A stretch of 64,000 bases of DNA from a bacterium (lineage in GTDB: Bacteria; UBA8248), in assembly GCA_965207065.1 (NCBI GenBank), contig OZ242260.1, forward strand, positions 1,888,001 through 1,952,000, read 5' to 3'. Of the stretch, positions 36,750 to 46,563 are shown piece by piece. The notes under the pieces are model-generated. The model had not been told where the DNA came from, ran no database searches, and saw only the letters and a list, made by a program, of their open reading frames with translations. Every line of letters starts with the position of its first letter. The first letter of the stretch is position 1. The position numbers and the translations under genes are program-made.

Positions 36750-37270
36750 TGCGGCTAAGCCCTGGAGATGAGGATGCCATGACCTGAAACCTCTCGTAGT
36801 GATCCAGCGAGTTCGACTTCCGCCCGGCTAAAACAATAAGCCGAAGGAGAAGCAAGGGCAGGAAGTCGTAGCGCCCTGATAGTACCGCTGAAGGCATGGA
36901 ACCGTGGCCATCGGGAAGGGAAGCGGGGCGTCACCTGTACAGAGCCACTGATGGGAAATGTTGGAGGCAACTCTGAGTTCCACGAACACGTACACGAAAC
37001 AGCAGTGGATAGCCGAACAGGCGAGGGAGCATCAGGAACGGGTGTTCACGTCTCTGCACCACCTCATCGACGGAGAGTGGATGCGCGAAGCGTATCGCCG
37101 CACGCGTAAGGATGGGGCGAGGGGTATCGACGGCGTGAGTGCAGCCGACTACGAGAAGGGCTTGGAGATGAATCTTGACGACCTCCTGAGCCGGATGAAG
37201 CCGGGTCGTTACTTTGCGCCGCCGGTGCGTCGCCACTACATCCCGAAGGCGGACGGCACGAAACGACCGC
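36750..37270 (+). mobile_element. Truncated group II intron (partial RNA domains plus N-terminus of RT/maturase)
   Basis: 'GATAGTACCGCTGAAG..GGAAGGGAAG' intron-like RNA; peptide FTSLHHLID..AYRRTRKDGARGIDG..GRYFAPPVRRHYIPKADGTKRP ends where LGIP should follow; left boundary approximate. Confidence 0.85.
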
Positions 37271-37472
37271 GCGGACGCTTTTCCGTAAAGTCCGTCTCCT
37301 GTTCGCGCCGCTCATTCGCGGTCGGCATCGGCGGGGCGCGCATTTGCTCGCAATATCGGTTGCCGGTTTCTTCGCGGTTCGGTCGAGAATCTCACTCGCG
37401 AAATGCAGTGTTCCGGCGATAGGAGGAGGAAAGAAAATGGAACAGGCGATTGCTAATCACTCGCGTTCGATT

Positions 37473-37522
37473 CCTCCTTCCTCAGTCGGAATCGACCTCC
37501 TTCCTCAGTCGGAATCGACCTC
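37473..37522. repeat. 23-bp tandem duplication
   Basis: CCTCCTTCCTCAGTCGGAATCGA twice plus CCTC. Confidence 0.85.
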
Positions 37523-37765
37523 TCTCCTCAATTCGATTTGCTTAAGCGGAATTTCCGAAAATATCGATTAATTATTGCCATGAACCCGATGACCACGCAA
37601 TGGTACGATTGACTCCGTTTGTCTACGATAACTGATTGTTAATAATACTATATTTCTGTTATTATCCTTCCCGACCCCCCTTGCGCTTTCGTCACACGTA
37701 TGCTCTGATACCCTCCTGTTTGATGCCTATCGTATGCGTTTTGATTACATATTTCAGGAGGCGGG

Positions 37766-38941
37766 ATGCCGAAGCGAAGCGATCTGAAACTCACCAAGCG
37801 CACCGTCGACGCGCTCGAGGCCGACGGGAAGGACGCGGTCTTCTGGGACCGGGAGCTGGCGGGCTTCGGTGTGCGCGTCCACACCACGGGCCGGAAGACC
37901 TGGGTGGTGCAGTCCCGGGGACCCGGGGGTCCCAAACGCGTGACGCTCGGCCGCCACGGGGAGTTGACCGTCGACGAGGCCAGGAAACAGGCCTCCCTCA
38001 TTATCGACCGCATCAAGCAGGGAGAAGAGCCAATACCCCCACCACACGAGGCGGAATCCACCGTATCGGGCCTCGCCGAGCGCTTCATGCGCACCCACGT
38101 GGAGCGGCATCTCAAGCCGGCCACCGCCTCGGCGTACCACACGGTGCTCGACAAATACATCCTGCCCGCCCTGGGCGGTATGGGACTGGAAGAAGTCGGC
38201 AGGGCGGAAGTCACGGCGCTCCATCACAGGCTCAGGGACACGCCCGCCCGGGCCAACGCGGCCGTCCACCTGCTCTCGCGGATGTACACCCTTGCCGAGG
38301 CCTGGGAACTGGTCCCGCCCGGGCGGAACCCCTGCCTCTCCGTTCGCCGCTACAGGACGCGCAAGAGGGAGCGGTTCCTTGCGCCTGAGGAATACCGGCG
38401 CCTGGGCCGTGCGCTCAGGCAAGCGGAGGCCGAGGGCGGGATATGGCCGCCCGCGGTCGCGGCCATCCGGCTGCTCGTCCTGACCGGGTGCCGCAGGGGC
38501 GAGATCCTCTCGTTGCGCTGGGACGACGTGGACCGCACGGCGGGAGACCTGAGGTTAAGGGACGCCAAGGCGGGTCCACGGATGGTCCCCCTGACGAGGC
38601 CCGCCCTCAGGGTATTGGACGCCATCCCCCGCTCCGGGGACAATCCCTGGGTGATAGCGGGCCAGAGGCCCGGGAAGCATCTCACGGGCCTGCACCACTA
38701 CTGGCGGCCCGTAAGAGAGCGGGCGGGGCTTGCCGACGTGCGGGTCCACGACCTCAGGCATTCCTACGCGTCGAGGGCGCTGGCGCTGGGCGAGAGTTTA
38801 TACACGATAGGCAAGCTGCTGGGCCACACGAGCGTGGCGACGAGCGCGCGCTACGCACACCTGATGCGAGAGGCCGAGAGGGAGGCGGCGGTACGGGTGG
38901 GCGGGAGCATCGGCGCCCACGTCAGGAGCCGGGGGAGGTAG
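37766..38941 (+). CDS. Tyrosine recombinase/integrase with N-terminal arm-binding domain
   Basis: FWDRELAGFGVRV arm domain; TGCRRGE, K, HDLRH, LLGH, ARYAH all intact. Confidence 0.95.
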   Translation: MPKRSDLKLTKRTVDALEADGKDAVFWDRELAGFGVRVHTTGRKTWVVQSRGPGGPKRVTLGRHGELTVDEARKQASLIIDRIKQGEEPIPPPHEAESTVSGLAERFMRTHVERHLKPATASAYHTVLDKYILPALGGMGLEEVGRAEVTALHHRLRDTPARANAAVHLLSRMYTLAEAWELVPPGRNPCLSVRRYRTRKRERFLAPEEYRRLGRALRQAEAEGGIWPPAVAAIRLLVLTGCRRGEILSLRWDDVDRTAGDLRLRDAKAGPRMVPLTRPALRVLDAIPRSGDNPWVIAGQRPGKHLTGLHHYWRPVRERAGLADVRVHDLRHSYASRALALGESLYTIGKLLGHTSVATSARYAHLMREAEREAAVRVGGSIGAHVRSRGR

Positions 38942-38942
38942 A

Positions 38943-40154
38943 GTGGAGATGAAGCAGCCCACCATGAAAACGCTGTCGAACCGCGCGGTCGGGAAGCTCG
39001 CGGTGGAGAAGGACACCGTCTTCTGGGATAAGGAGCTCACCGGCTTCGGCGTCAGGGTCTACCCCACCGGCTCAAAGGTCTACGTCGCCCAGGCGCGGGG
39101 TCCTGAGGGTCCCAAGAGGGTGGCGGTGGGCCGCCACGGGGTGATCAACGCTGATGAGGCCAGGAAACGCGCCGCCCACATCATCGCGCGTATCAAGGCG
39201 GGCGAGGAGGCGGTTCCAGAGCCGCTTATACGCAAGGAAGGCCCCACGGTGAATGAGGTGTGCGCGCGCTACCTCGCCGAATACGTCGCGGTGCGGTGCA
39301 AGCCGGCCACCGCCGCGCTCTACCGCTCGGTGATCACCCGCCACGTCCTGCCCGCCCTGGGCAGGGCGCCGATCGCTGCGCTCTCTCGCGCGCAGGTGGC
39401 GGAGTTCCACGAGAGACTGTATGAGACGCCCGCGGTGGCGAACATGGCGCTCCGAATCCTCTCCTCGATGTACCGCCTGGCCGCGGGCTGGGGAATGGTT
39501 CCCGAGGGAACCTCGAACCCCTGCAAGGCTCTGGTGAAATACCCCGAGCGCAGGCGCGAGCGGTTCCTGACGGATTCGGAGTTCACCCGCCTGGGAGAGG
39601 CGCTCGAGGAGGCGGAGGCTAAGGGCGACGTTTCCGCGTCCGCGGTGGCGGCTATCCGGCTCCTGGCCCTTACCGGGTGCCGGAGGAGCGAGGTCCTCAA
39701 GCTGCGCCGCGAAGACGTGGCGCTCGAAGCGGGCGAGCTCAGGCTGCCCGATTCCAAGACGGGCGCGCGGGCGGTCCCCTTGCCGCCTGAGGCCGTCGAA
39801 CTCCTCGCGGGCCTTCTTGGCGCCCACGGCGGCCCCTGGGTCATACCGGGCAGGAAGCCGGGGACGCACCTTGCGAACATCGACGAGGCCTGGCGTCTCA
39901 TAAGGGACCGCGCGGGCCTCGGGGACGTGCGGCTGCACGACCTGCGGCACTCCTGGGCCTCGCGGGCCCTGGCACTCGGCGAGTCGCTCCCCGTCATCGG
40001 GAAGCTCCTGGGCCACAGCAGGATGGAAACGACGGCGCGCTACGCGCACCTCGCGCGCGATTCGGCGCAGGAGGCCGCCGGGCGGGTCGCCGGGAGCATC
40101 GAGGAGGACATGCTGGAAGGCTGGCGGGAGCGCCTCCCGCAGTCTCCGAGGTGA
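38943..40154 (+). CDS. Second tandem tyrosine recombinase/integrase (paralog)
   Basis: FWDKELTGFGVRV; TGCRRSE, DSKTG, HDLRHS, LLGHS, ARYAH; start may be 38949 or 38964. Confidence 0.95.
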   Translation: MEMKQPTMKTLSNRAVGKLAVEKDTVFWDKELTGFGVRVYPTGSKVYVAQARGPEGPKRVAVGRHGVINADEARKRAAHIIARIKAGEEAVPEPLIRKEGPTVNEVCARYLAEYVAVRCKPATAALYRSVITRHVLPALGRAPIAALSRAQVAEFHERLYETPAVANMALRILSSMYRLAAGWGMVPEGTSNPCKALVKYPERRRERFLTDSEFTRLGEALEEAEAKGDVSASAVAAIRLLALTGCRRSEVLKLRREDVALEAGELRLPDSKTGARAVPLPPEAVELLAGLLGAHGGPWVIPGRKPGTHLANIDEAWRLIRDRAGLGDVRLHDLRHSWASRALALGESLPVIGKLLGHSRMETTARYAHLARDSAQEAAGRVAGSIEEDMLEGWRERLPQSPR

Positions 40155-40324
40155 GTGCGAAGGACGGTCCCGGAAGCAGCTGCGCACGCCGATATTGAGC
40201 GATGGCATGAATGTCGCGCCCGAGAGCATGCCGACCCCGACGCCCGCACCCGGATACCACCCCGAAGCCCTTCCCGGCTCAGCCGGGAAAGCAGCACCCC
40301 TCCCGAAGCTGTCCGACGGACCCC

Positions 40325-42799
40325 TCAGAACCGCATGTTGAGGGTGAGGAAGAAGGTGCGGCCCCAGCCGGCCGCGGTGGGCCCGTCCGCAACGGAGGGG
40401 TTGGCTGTATTCGTCGAGAGTTTGGCATCGGTGAGGTTGTACACGCCTGCGGTCACCCGCATGCTTTCCAGCCCCAGCGGCCGCTTCCAGTCGAGCGTCA
40501 AATCGTGGCCGGTCCAGGACCTGAACCTCCCTTCGCCCGACTCACTCTCGATTTCGGAGCGGTAGTTCGTGGACCAGAAAGCTGTGAGATTGCCACGCCC
40601 GGCCGAGACTACGACGCGCACCGCATCCCGGGGGAGGGGATGCCGCCGCTTTTCGCCCGCGATTTGCTGTTCGGAACTGATGACGTGCCGCCAGAACCCG
40701 CGCAACCCGATAACGCCCCAATCCGTTCTCTTGCGCGCGCCGTATCGGAAATTCACGCCCGAAATCTCGGTATCGACAATGTTCGCAAAGCTGTCGTGAA
40801 TGGTGATGTCGCCGCCGGTGCGCTCGATGCAGTCATTCCGGTTGCCGCCCTGGCATTCTTGCAGGTTCAACATGGCCCAGGTGGCGGTGTTCTGCCCCGG
40901 CAGGTCGGATATTGCGAGCCGATACCAGTCCGCAACGAGATAGAACGGCCCTTTGCGGGCCTCGGCGCCGAAAGACAGCATCTCGGAGCCTGCGGGGTCG
41001 AGACCCGGGTTGCCGCTTGTCTCACGCGTCACCTGCCGGAAGTTCGGACTATCGCACGTGCGGGGCGGCGGTCCGCTCCCGGGGTCGCAAACGACATAAG
41101 GGTGGTCCTGCGATGCGTCGCTGTAGATATGCCGCATCGAGGGCGACGTCTCGCCCGCGCTCCACGAGCCGCGCAGCGTGACGATGCCGGTCAGCCGGTA
41201 TTCGGCCCCGAAACGCCACGATTCCAATCCGCCTATATCGTCGTATTCATCGCCGCGTCCCCCGACCCTGATATCCAGTTTGTCGGTCAGCGGCAGGGAC
41301 ATCTCCGCAAAAGCCGCGGCGATGTCGCGCTTGCCGGCATAGCTGGTTCCGCCGGAACCGAGCACCTCGGTCACGTTATGGGTGTAGCCGTCCTTGTCCC
41401 GAAAGACCAGGAGGCGGTGCGCGTCCACGCTCCCCAGCTCGACCCCTGCGGTCCATGCCGTCAGGCGCCCGCCGATAGCGAAGCCGGAGCCCTCCAGCGC
41501 CAGCCGGGCGCCGAGATACTCCGAACTGATATTTTCCTCCTGCCGCAAGCTGCTGTTCGCGATCGCTGCGGAATTACGCGGGTCCAACGGGTTCACGAGG
41601 TTGTAGCTCCCACTCTCGATCTCTTCCCTGATCTTGCCGGCATGCACGAAGGTGTCGCCGGACACGGAATTGTCCAGCCGGTAGGCGCTGACGCGCACGT
41701 CATAGCCGAGACCTTCACCCAGACGACCCTCGACGCTTGCGGAAACGTCGTATTCCTCGATATCCGCCACCCAGTCACGGTTGCCGTGGCCGATAAAGCG
41801 GTGCCCCACGACGAACTCGTCGTTTTCTCCCAACTGGAAGCCGGAGCCGGCTGCTCTCTTGAGCTCATCCAGCAATGTCTCGTTCGGCGTAAAGGAGAAC
41901 ACGCTGATCGACGGCGCGTAGCGGAACGCCCCGCGGCCCTGCCTGATGTTCGCGTCCAGATGGAGTTCGGCGTCCTCTCCGAGCGGATGCTCCAGGTTCA
42001 GGATGGCGCTCTTCTGCTCATAGCTGGGGGTATCCCACCAGATGTTTCCATAGGCGTAACCACAGCCCTTGTCGCCCGTGCGGATACCGGGCGGATCGCT
42101 GAGCGGGCCGACGTAGTCTTGCGCCGGGTCGCAGTCCCCCAGTGGCACCGACCTTAAGGGGGTAGGTGCTCCCTGGTCGTCTTTCCGGGAGACATAGACG
42201 GTGTTGCCGCCGACGCTGATATTCCTGGCCTGGCTGAAGCTGCCGCCCTCGACCCACTCGGAACGGCTGTGTTCCCGGTTCTTGCCGAGGATTTCCTGGC
42301 GGTCCAGTATGTCAGCGCCGATGGTCATGCGTCCTCCCTTGCCGACCGCGCCGCCCCAGAAGACACTGCCCTGCCAGCCGTCGCCACCGTCCCGGCTCGG
42401 CATCCGCGTAACCGTACGCATCTCGAAGCCGTCCAGGTCCTTTCTGAGCACGATATTGAACGCGCCGTTTATGGCGGCGTGGCCGCCCGGCGTGCTCAGA
42501 CTCTCGCCTCTCAGAACCTCGATGCGCTCCACGGCCGAGAGCGGCAGGGAATCCAGATTCTGGCCGGTGGTGGCGTAGGGTCTGCCGTTCACCAGGACGA
42601 GCAGATCTCGTCCCCCGGTGAAAAAGTAGCGGATGATGCCGGTGTCCAGCAGCTCCTCGAGCGTCTGAGCACCCGAGCGCTCGATGAACTTGCGGTCGTA
42701 TTCGGCGATGACCTGCGGGGCCGGCGCGAGAGGTCCGGCATGGGATATCATCACCGCCAGCACTACATAAGCGGCGGCTGCCGCCAAAGCGATCCTCAT
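40325..42799 (-). CDS. TonB-dependent receptor, copy 2
   Basis: Collinear with copy 1 at a constant 6301-bp offset; about 35 aa differences over the 849-codon ORF by hand count. Confidence 0.9.
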   Translation of the reverse strand: MRIALAAAAAYVVLAVMISHAGPLAPAPQVIAEYDRKFIERSGAQTLEELLDTGIIRYFFTGGRDLLVLVNGRPYATTGQNLDSLPLSAVERIEVLRGESLSTPGGHAAINGAFNIVLRKDLDGFEMRTVTRMPSRDGGDGWQGSVFWGGAVGKGGRMTIGADILDRQEILGKNREHSRSEWVEGGSFSQARNISVGGNTVYVSRKDDQGAPTPLRSVPLGDCDPAQDYVGPLSDPPGIRTGDKGCGYAYGNIWWDTPSYEQKSAILNLEHPLGEDAELHLDANIRQGRGAFRYAPSISVFSFTPNETLLDELKRAAGSGFQLGENDEFVVGHRFIGHGNRDWVADIEEYDVSASVEGRLGEGLGYDVRVSAYRLDNSVSGDTFVHAGKIREEIESGSYNLVNPLDPRNSAAIANSSLRQEENISSEYLGARLALEGSGFAIGGRLTAWTAGVELGSVDAHRLLVFRDKDGYTHNVTEVLGSGGTSYAGKRDIAAAFAEMSLPLTDKLDIRVGGRGDEYDDIGGLESWRFGAEYRLTGIVTLRGSWSAGETSPSMRHIYSDASQDHPYVVCDPGSGPPPRTCDSPNFRQVTRETSGNPGLDPAGSEMLSFGAEARKGPFYLVADWYRLAISDLPGQNTATWAMLNLQECQGGNRNDCIERTGGDITIHDSFANIVDTEISGVNFRYGARKRTDWGVIGLRGFWRHVISSEQQIAGEKRRHPLPRDAVRVVVSAGRGNLTAFWSTNYRSEIESESGEGRFRSWTGHDLTLDWKRPLGLESMRVTAGVYNLTDAKLSTNTANPSVADGPTAAGWGRTFFLTLNMRF

Positions 42800-43133
42800 C
42801 GTAATTTCCCTTTCCCGGTAAACGCAAACGAATCGGCGAAATCCAGAGTTGATGATCCTCGATGTTATCCGCATTCTGCGCTTTGTCGCAACGGCCCGGT
42901 AAGTTCACGGGAACGCATCCGCACCATCAGGAACGTGCGATGCCGCAAATCTTGACTCCTGCGGCTGACAGAGCTACTGATTCCACTCAGTTTCGCATTG
43001 GTTCCAGCTTATTGATTCATACTCTTGATTTCTGATCTTTCTGGCATTAAGACTCCAGGGCGGGCGCACGGGTCGTTTCGCTCTCAGGGCCCGCGTTCAA
43101 ACTCTTCCCGGGTCTCCCGCCCACCCCGGGGAG

Positions 43134-43268
43134 ACCTGGGTGACCCCCGGCAGGAAGCCGGGGACGCGCTTAAGGAACGTCGACGGGGCCTGACGTCTCA
43201 TAAGGGAGCGCGCGGGCATTAAGGGCGTGCGGATCCATGATCTGCGCCACTCCCGGGCCTCGCGGGCG
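43134..43268 (+). pseudogene. Degenerate fragment of a third integrase (C-terminal part)
   Basis: Similar to about 39835-39967 (WV.PGRKPG..., HDLRHS) with a frameshift and a TGG>TGA stop. Confidence 0.8.
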
Positions 43269-43338
43269 TACTGCAACGGATGAGAGGGGGCGAGGCGCCC
43301 CGACGCGGCTGCGCGTCCGGGCGAATTCCGGTCCGTGT

Positions 43339-43620
43339 CTATGCGCCGGTGAATTCCAGCTTGAACCGGACTTTTCCGGGAAGTCCCACGCGGCGGGGCC
43401 CGGCAGGCCGGATGACGCCGTAGTCGCCGGTCTCGAGGCGGCGACGCCGCTCGGGCGAATACGGAACGACATGGTCGAGGCAACCGTCAGGAACCACGAT
43501 TCCGCCCCGGATGCCGGGCTTCGCATCGTGCAGGGTCCCGGGTTTTCGGGGAACCGTCTTCCCGGTGAATACTTTGCTTCCGTAGAATCTGACGAGTCCC
43601 GCCGGCACATTCTCAATCAT
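43339..43620 (-). CDS. DUF1971/YeaR-like protein, possibly degenerate
   Basis: Pattern F...TVP....H..KPG..G.I.V..G.L ... GVI.P....V...G.VRF.LEF; GGAGG RBS; ATGA overlap with the Rrf2 gene. Confidence 0.55.
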   Translation of the reverse strand: MIENVPAGLVRFYGSKVFTGKTVPRKPGTLHDAKPGIRGGIVVPDGCLDHVVPYSPERRRRLETGDYGVIRPAGPRRVGLPGKVRFKLEFTGA

Positions 43621-43985
43621 GTGGAATCCTCCCATCCGGAACTGCGTGATGCGCCAATGACGGCGGCACGCAACATCGGCGCGACCAGGCATCCCTTTCT
43701 GCCCCCGGGAAAGCATTCGACGAGCGCGCTGCCCTGTTCCATTCGTCTCGCCACGGCTCCCACAAGAATCGCCTTCGCCGGTTTCGAGAGCCGAAGGCCG
43801 CCGCCCCGGCCCCGGGTCGTTTCGACAAACCCTGCGCGCCTCAATGAATGCGCGACCTTCATCAGATGATTTTTCGATATCCCGTATCGCTCCGCGATCT
43901 CGTGGATCGTGACCAGAGCGCCGGAGTGGCAGGACAGGTGCATGAGCATCCTGAGAGCGTAGACTGTCTGAACCGTAAGCCTCAT
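43617..43985 (-). pseudogene. Rrf2-family (NsrR-like) regulator with aberrant C-terminus
   Basis: MRLT..T.YALR.L, ISKNHLMKV, RGRGGGLRL, LVECF..C; the third Cys appears only in a shifted frame after CLVAP. Confidence 0.75.
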
Positions 43986-44103
43986 CAGACACCCTCCAAA
44001 TACATATATAACATGCATCTTTAATAGTGGATGCGCAACTTCCGGGTCCGGGAATGACGGAAATTCATTTTCATCCCGGGACGGCCGCCGCTCCGCCTCG
44101 GCC

Positions 44104-44230
44104 GGAGTAGCGGCGAAGCCGCGTATCGAAGGGGCTGTCCCGAGCCCGTCGAACGGCGAAGTTCGCGCCCGCCGGGCAGATGTGCCCCCCATCCTTCGAA
44201 ACGGCGCATACGCGTCTACTCGGGATGAGG
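44104..44230. repeat. Inverted pair of palindromic intergenic repeats
   Basis: GAGTAGCGGCGAAGCCGCGTATCGAAGG and CCTTCGAAACGGCGCATACGCGTCTACTC have complementary ends. Confidence 0.5.
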
Positions 44231-44365
44231 ACGTCAGGGGTTCCGCGAAGACCGCTGCCGCGCCGGCGAGAGGCGGAGCCGGGCCGTCAGGGGGTGCGGG
44301 AGCCCGGCCGGAGAGGCCGGGCGGCGCCCGCATTCCCCTCACCCGCATCCCTGGAGGCGCGACCC

Positions 44366-44701
44366 ATGAGTGACCCGAATCCTTCCCCATACGCCCGGGC
44401 CCTCGTTCTGGCGGGACCCGCTCTCGCGCTCCTCGCCACGATCTTCTCTCTCGCGGCCGGGAGCGGACTCCGCCTCCTTTGGGACGTCTGGTTCTGTGCG
44501 GCTCTCTGGGCCTTCATCGCCGCCCTCCCGTGCGTCCTGTGGCGGGGGTTCCGCCACGGGGACTGGACGGCCTTCAAGCGCTACGAACTCCCCGACGATC
44601 ACGGCGAGCGCTTCGACTGGGTGTCGAGGACAGGGCGCTATGCCTGGCGCCGGGAGCTCGAGGAGCAGGAACTTCACGGCCACGACCCGGACTTCCCGTA
44701 A
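44366..44701 (+). CDS. Hypothetical membrane protein
   Basis: GGAGG RBS; two hydrophobic helices. Confidence 0.55.
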   Translation: MSDPNPSPYARALVLAGPALALLATIFSLAAGSGLRLLWDVWFCAALWAFIAALPCVLWRGFRHGDWTAFKRYELPDDHGERFDWVSRTGRYAWRRELEEQELHGHDPDFP

Positions 44702-44824
44702 AAGGCCCCCGGCGCGCTCAGCACCCCGAAGAGGCCGAGCCGGGCCGGGAGGGGGGCGTCGGCGGGGCGTCCGGGAGAGGACGTTCTACGCCGCCATCAT
44801 CCATCCATTCCAAGGAGGCGCGCG

Positions 44825-45127
44825 ATGCGGAAACCAAGACGAGAAGCGAACACCTTCCTCACCCATCTCTCAGGCCTTGGCCTGGCGGACGAGCGTTACG
44901 AGATAAGGCGCTACAAATCCTCGGGCGGGGGTGAACTCAGACCCCTGCCCGCAGGGGAGAGCGCGGGGCGCAGAAGAAAACGCGTGACGGCCTCGCGGCG
45001 TGTTGTCAGGGAGATGCGTCCCGCCCGGGACGAGCTCATCATTTGTACGGGGATCAAAATCCCCGGCAGCGGCCTGCAGCTGTGGGGCGAGCACCTCGTC
45101 TGGGGACGGATGATGAGCCGGGGATGA
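44825..45127 (+). CDS. Hypothetical protein
   Basis: AAGGAGG RBS; 100-aa ORF ending just before the IS110 element. Confidence 0.45.
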   Translation: MRKPRREANTFLTHLSGLGLADERYEIRRYKSSGGGELRPLPAGESAGRRRKRVTASRRVVREMRPARDELIICTGIKIPGSGLQLWGEHLVWGRMMSRG

Positions 45128-45147
45128 GCCCGCAAGACGTCTGGCCG

Positions 45148-46516
45148 TATGTGGACGACCCCGTAAATGCAAGCATGTCAGTTGAACGATTCGGGGTCCG
45201 TGGTCAGGCGCAGTCGTATGTCCGACCTCTTGGTGCGGCATATAACTTGCCGCGGGTCTGTATGGAGATGCGCGGATCGGGTCCTAATCGGCCCATCGAG
45301 CTCAAGAGCTCTCGGCCAGACCCTGGTTTTCCCGATCCTGTCTCATTGACCATTTTCCCTTACCCGTCCTCCGACCTGCTCACATTCCCGGATAATCCAA
45401 TTGTCCGCCGCTCAGGCGACCGGCGCCGGTTCCTGGTAGACTTCTTTCTTCGTCATCAGCGCCCAGGCGATGCGCGCCATTCGATTCGCCAGCGCCACCG
45501 CGACCAGCATCCGTGGCTTGCGCGCCAGCATCCGGGCCAGCCATGAACCCGCCGGCGCACCGCGCCGGACCGCGCTGCGCACCACCGCCATGGCCCCTAT
45601 GATCAACAGCCGTCTGATGTCGCGCTGTCCCATCTTCGACACTTTGCCCAGTCGGGACTTGCCTCCGCTCGAGTGCTGTCTGGGCACGAGGCCGAGCCAG
45701 GCGGAGAAGTCCCGTCCGCGCTTGAAGCTTTCCAAAGGCGGCGCGAAGGCCAGTATCGCCGACGCGGTGATCGGGCCGATTCCCGGGATGCTCATCAGAC
45801 GCCTCGCCTCCGCATCCGCGTAAGCGCCCGCGTGGAGTTGCCTCTCCAACTCCCTGATCTTCTCGTTGAGTTCGGCAATTTGATCGAGCAGAACCCCGCC
45901 CAACTCGCGGACCACCGCCGGCAACTCCGTAACCGGGTCTCCAAGAGCCGCCGCCAGGCGAGAGATATTCACCAGTCCCTGCGGAGCGATGACCCCGAAC
46001 TCCGCGAAGTGACCGCGCAACGCATTGGCAGTCTGCGTGCGCTGGCGAACCAGGAGATCGCGCGTGCGGAACATCATCCCCTGGGCCTGCTGCGCTTCGC
46101 TCTTCACCGCCACGAAGCGCATGGTCGGGCGCGAGGCGGCCTCGCAGATCGCCTCCGCGTCCGCCGCGTCGTTCTTCTGACGCTTGAGGTAAGGCTTCAC
46201 GTAGACCGGTGGCATGAGCTTCACCTCGTGGCCGATCTTGCCGATCTCGCGGCCCCAGTAGTGCGCGCTCGCGCACGCCTCCATCGCAATCAGGCAACGC
46301 GGCTGCGAAGACAGAAAACCCGGTACTTTCCCCCGGCTCAGTTTCTTGCGAAACGCGACCGAACCGTCCGGACGCGCGCCATGGAGCTGAAAACCATGTT
46401 TCGCCAGGTCGATGCCGATGATGTGAACCTGTTCCATGGGATACTCCTTCCAGGCGATTTAGAGACGCTACCTCGCCACAGTGTGATACCTGCCAGGAGG
46501 GGTCGTCCACCCCATC
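45148..46516 (-). mobile_element. IS110 family (IS1111 group) insertion sequence
   Basis: Perfect 12-bp subterminal inverted repeats GTGGACGACCCC (45151-45162) and GGGGTCGTCCAC (46499-46510); long non-coding end downstream of the transposase; exact ends uncertain by a few bp. Confidence 0.9.
45412..46437 (-). CDS. IS110 family transposase (DEDD recombinase)
   Basis: IGIDLAK, MEAC, KNDAADAEAI, IPGIGPITA, GLVPRQHSSGGK, VALANRMARIAW. Confidence 0.97.
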   Translation of the reverse strand: MEQVHIIGIDLAKHGFQLHGARPDGSVAFRKKLSRGKVPGFLSSQPRCLIAMEACASAHYWGREIGKIGHEVKLMPPVYVKPYLKRQKNDAADAEAICEAASRPTMRFVAVKSEAQQAQGMMFRTRDLLVRQRTQTANALRGHFAEFGVIAPQGLVNISRLAAALGDPVTELPAVVRELGGVLLDQIAELNEKIRELERQLHAGAYADAEARRLMSIPGIGPITASAILAFAPPLESFKRGRDFSAWLGLVPRQHSSGGKSRLGKVSKMGQRDIRRLLIIGAMAVVRSAVRRGAPAGSWLARMLARKPRMLVAVALANRMARIAWALMTKKEVYQEPAPVA

Positions 46517-46563
46517 GGCCCACTGCCGGCCGTACGACTTCACCGACACATGAGGAAAATCCC

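Noticed and set aside
36958-37422. Functional reverse transcriptase or retron
   Set aside because: Only about 100 N-terminal residues are RT-like; the rest of the ORF reads into unrelated DNA.
37473-37522. Mini CRISPR array
   Set aside because: The two 23-bp units abut with no spacer, and I saw no cas genes or repeat-spacer array anywhere in the window.
40211-42157. Long antisense ORFs (also 19942-21429, 5894-7225, 15917-17101 and others)
   Set aside because: They lie opposite well-supported genes in GC-rich DNA and have no recognisable motifs.
34024-42874. Diversity-generating retroelement (RT fragment between two near-identical receptor genes)
   Set aside because: Differences are not adenine-specific (e.g. 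AAA>GAA and GAG>AAG close together, plus C/T changes) and span the whole gene. The RT is group II intron-like and breaks off long before the YxDD motif.
45673-46563. 568-aa fusion ORF 45673-47379
   Set aside because: The 5' part is the antisense strand of the IS110 transposase; the real gene probably starts at ATG 46564 after a GAGG RBS.
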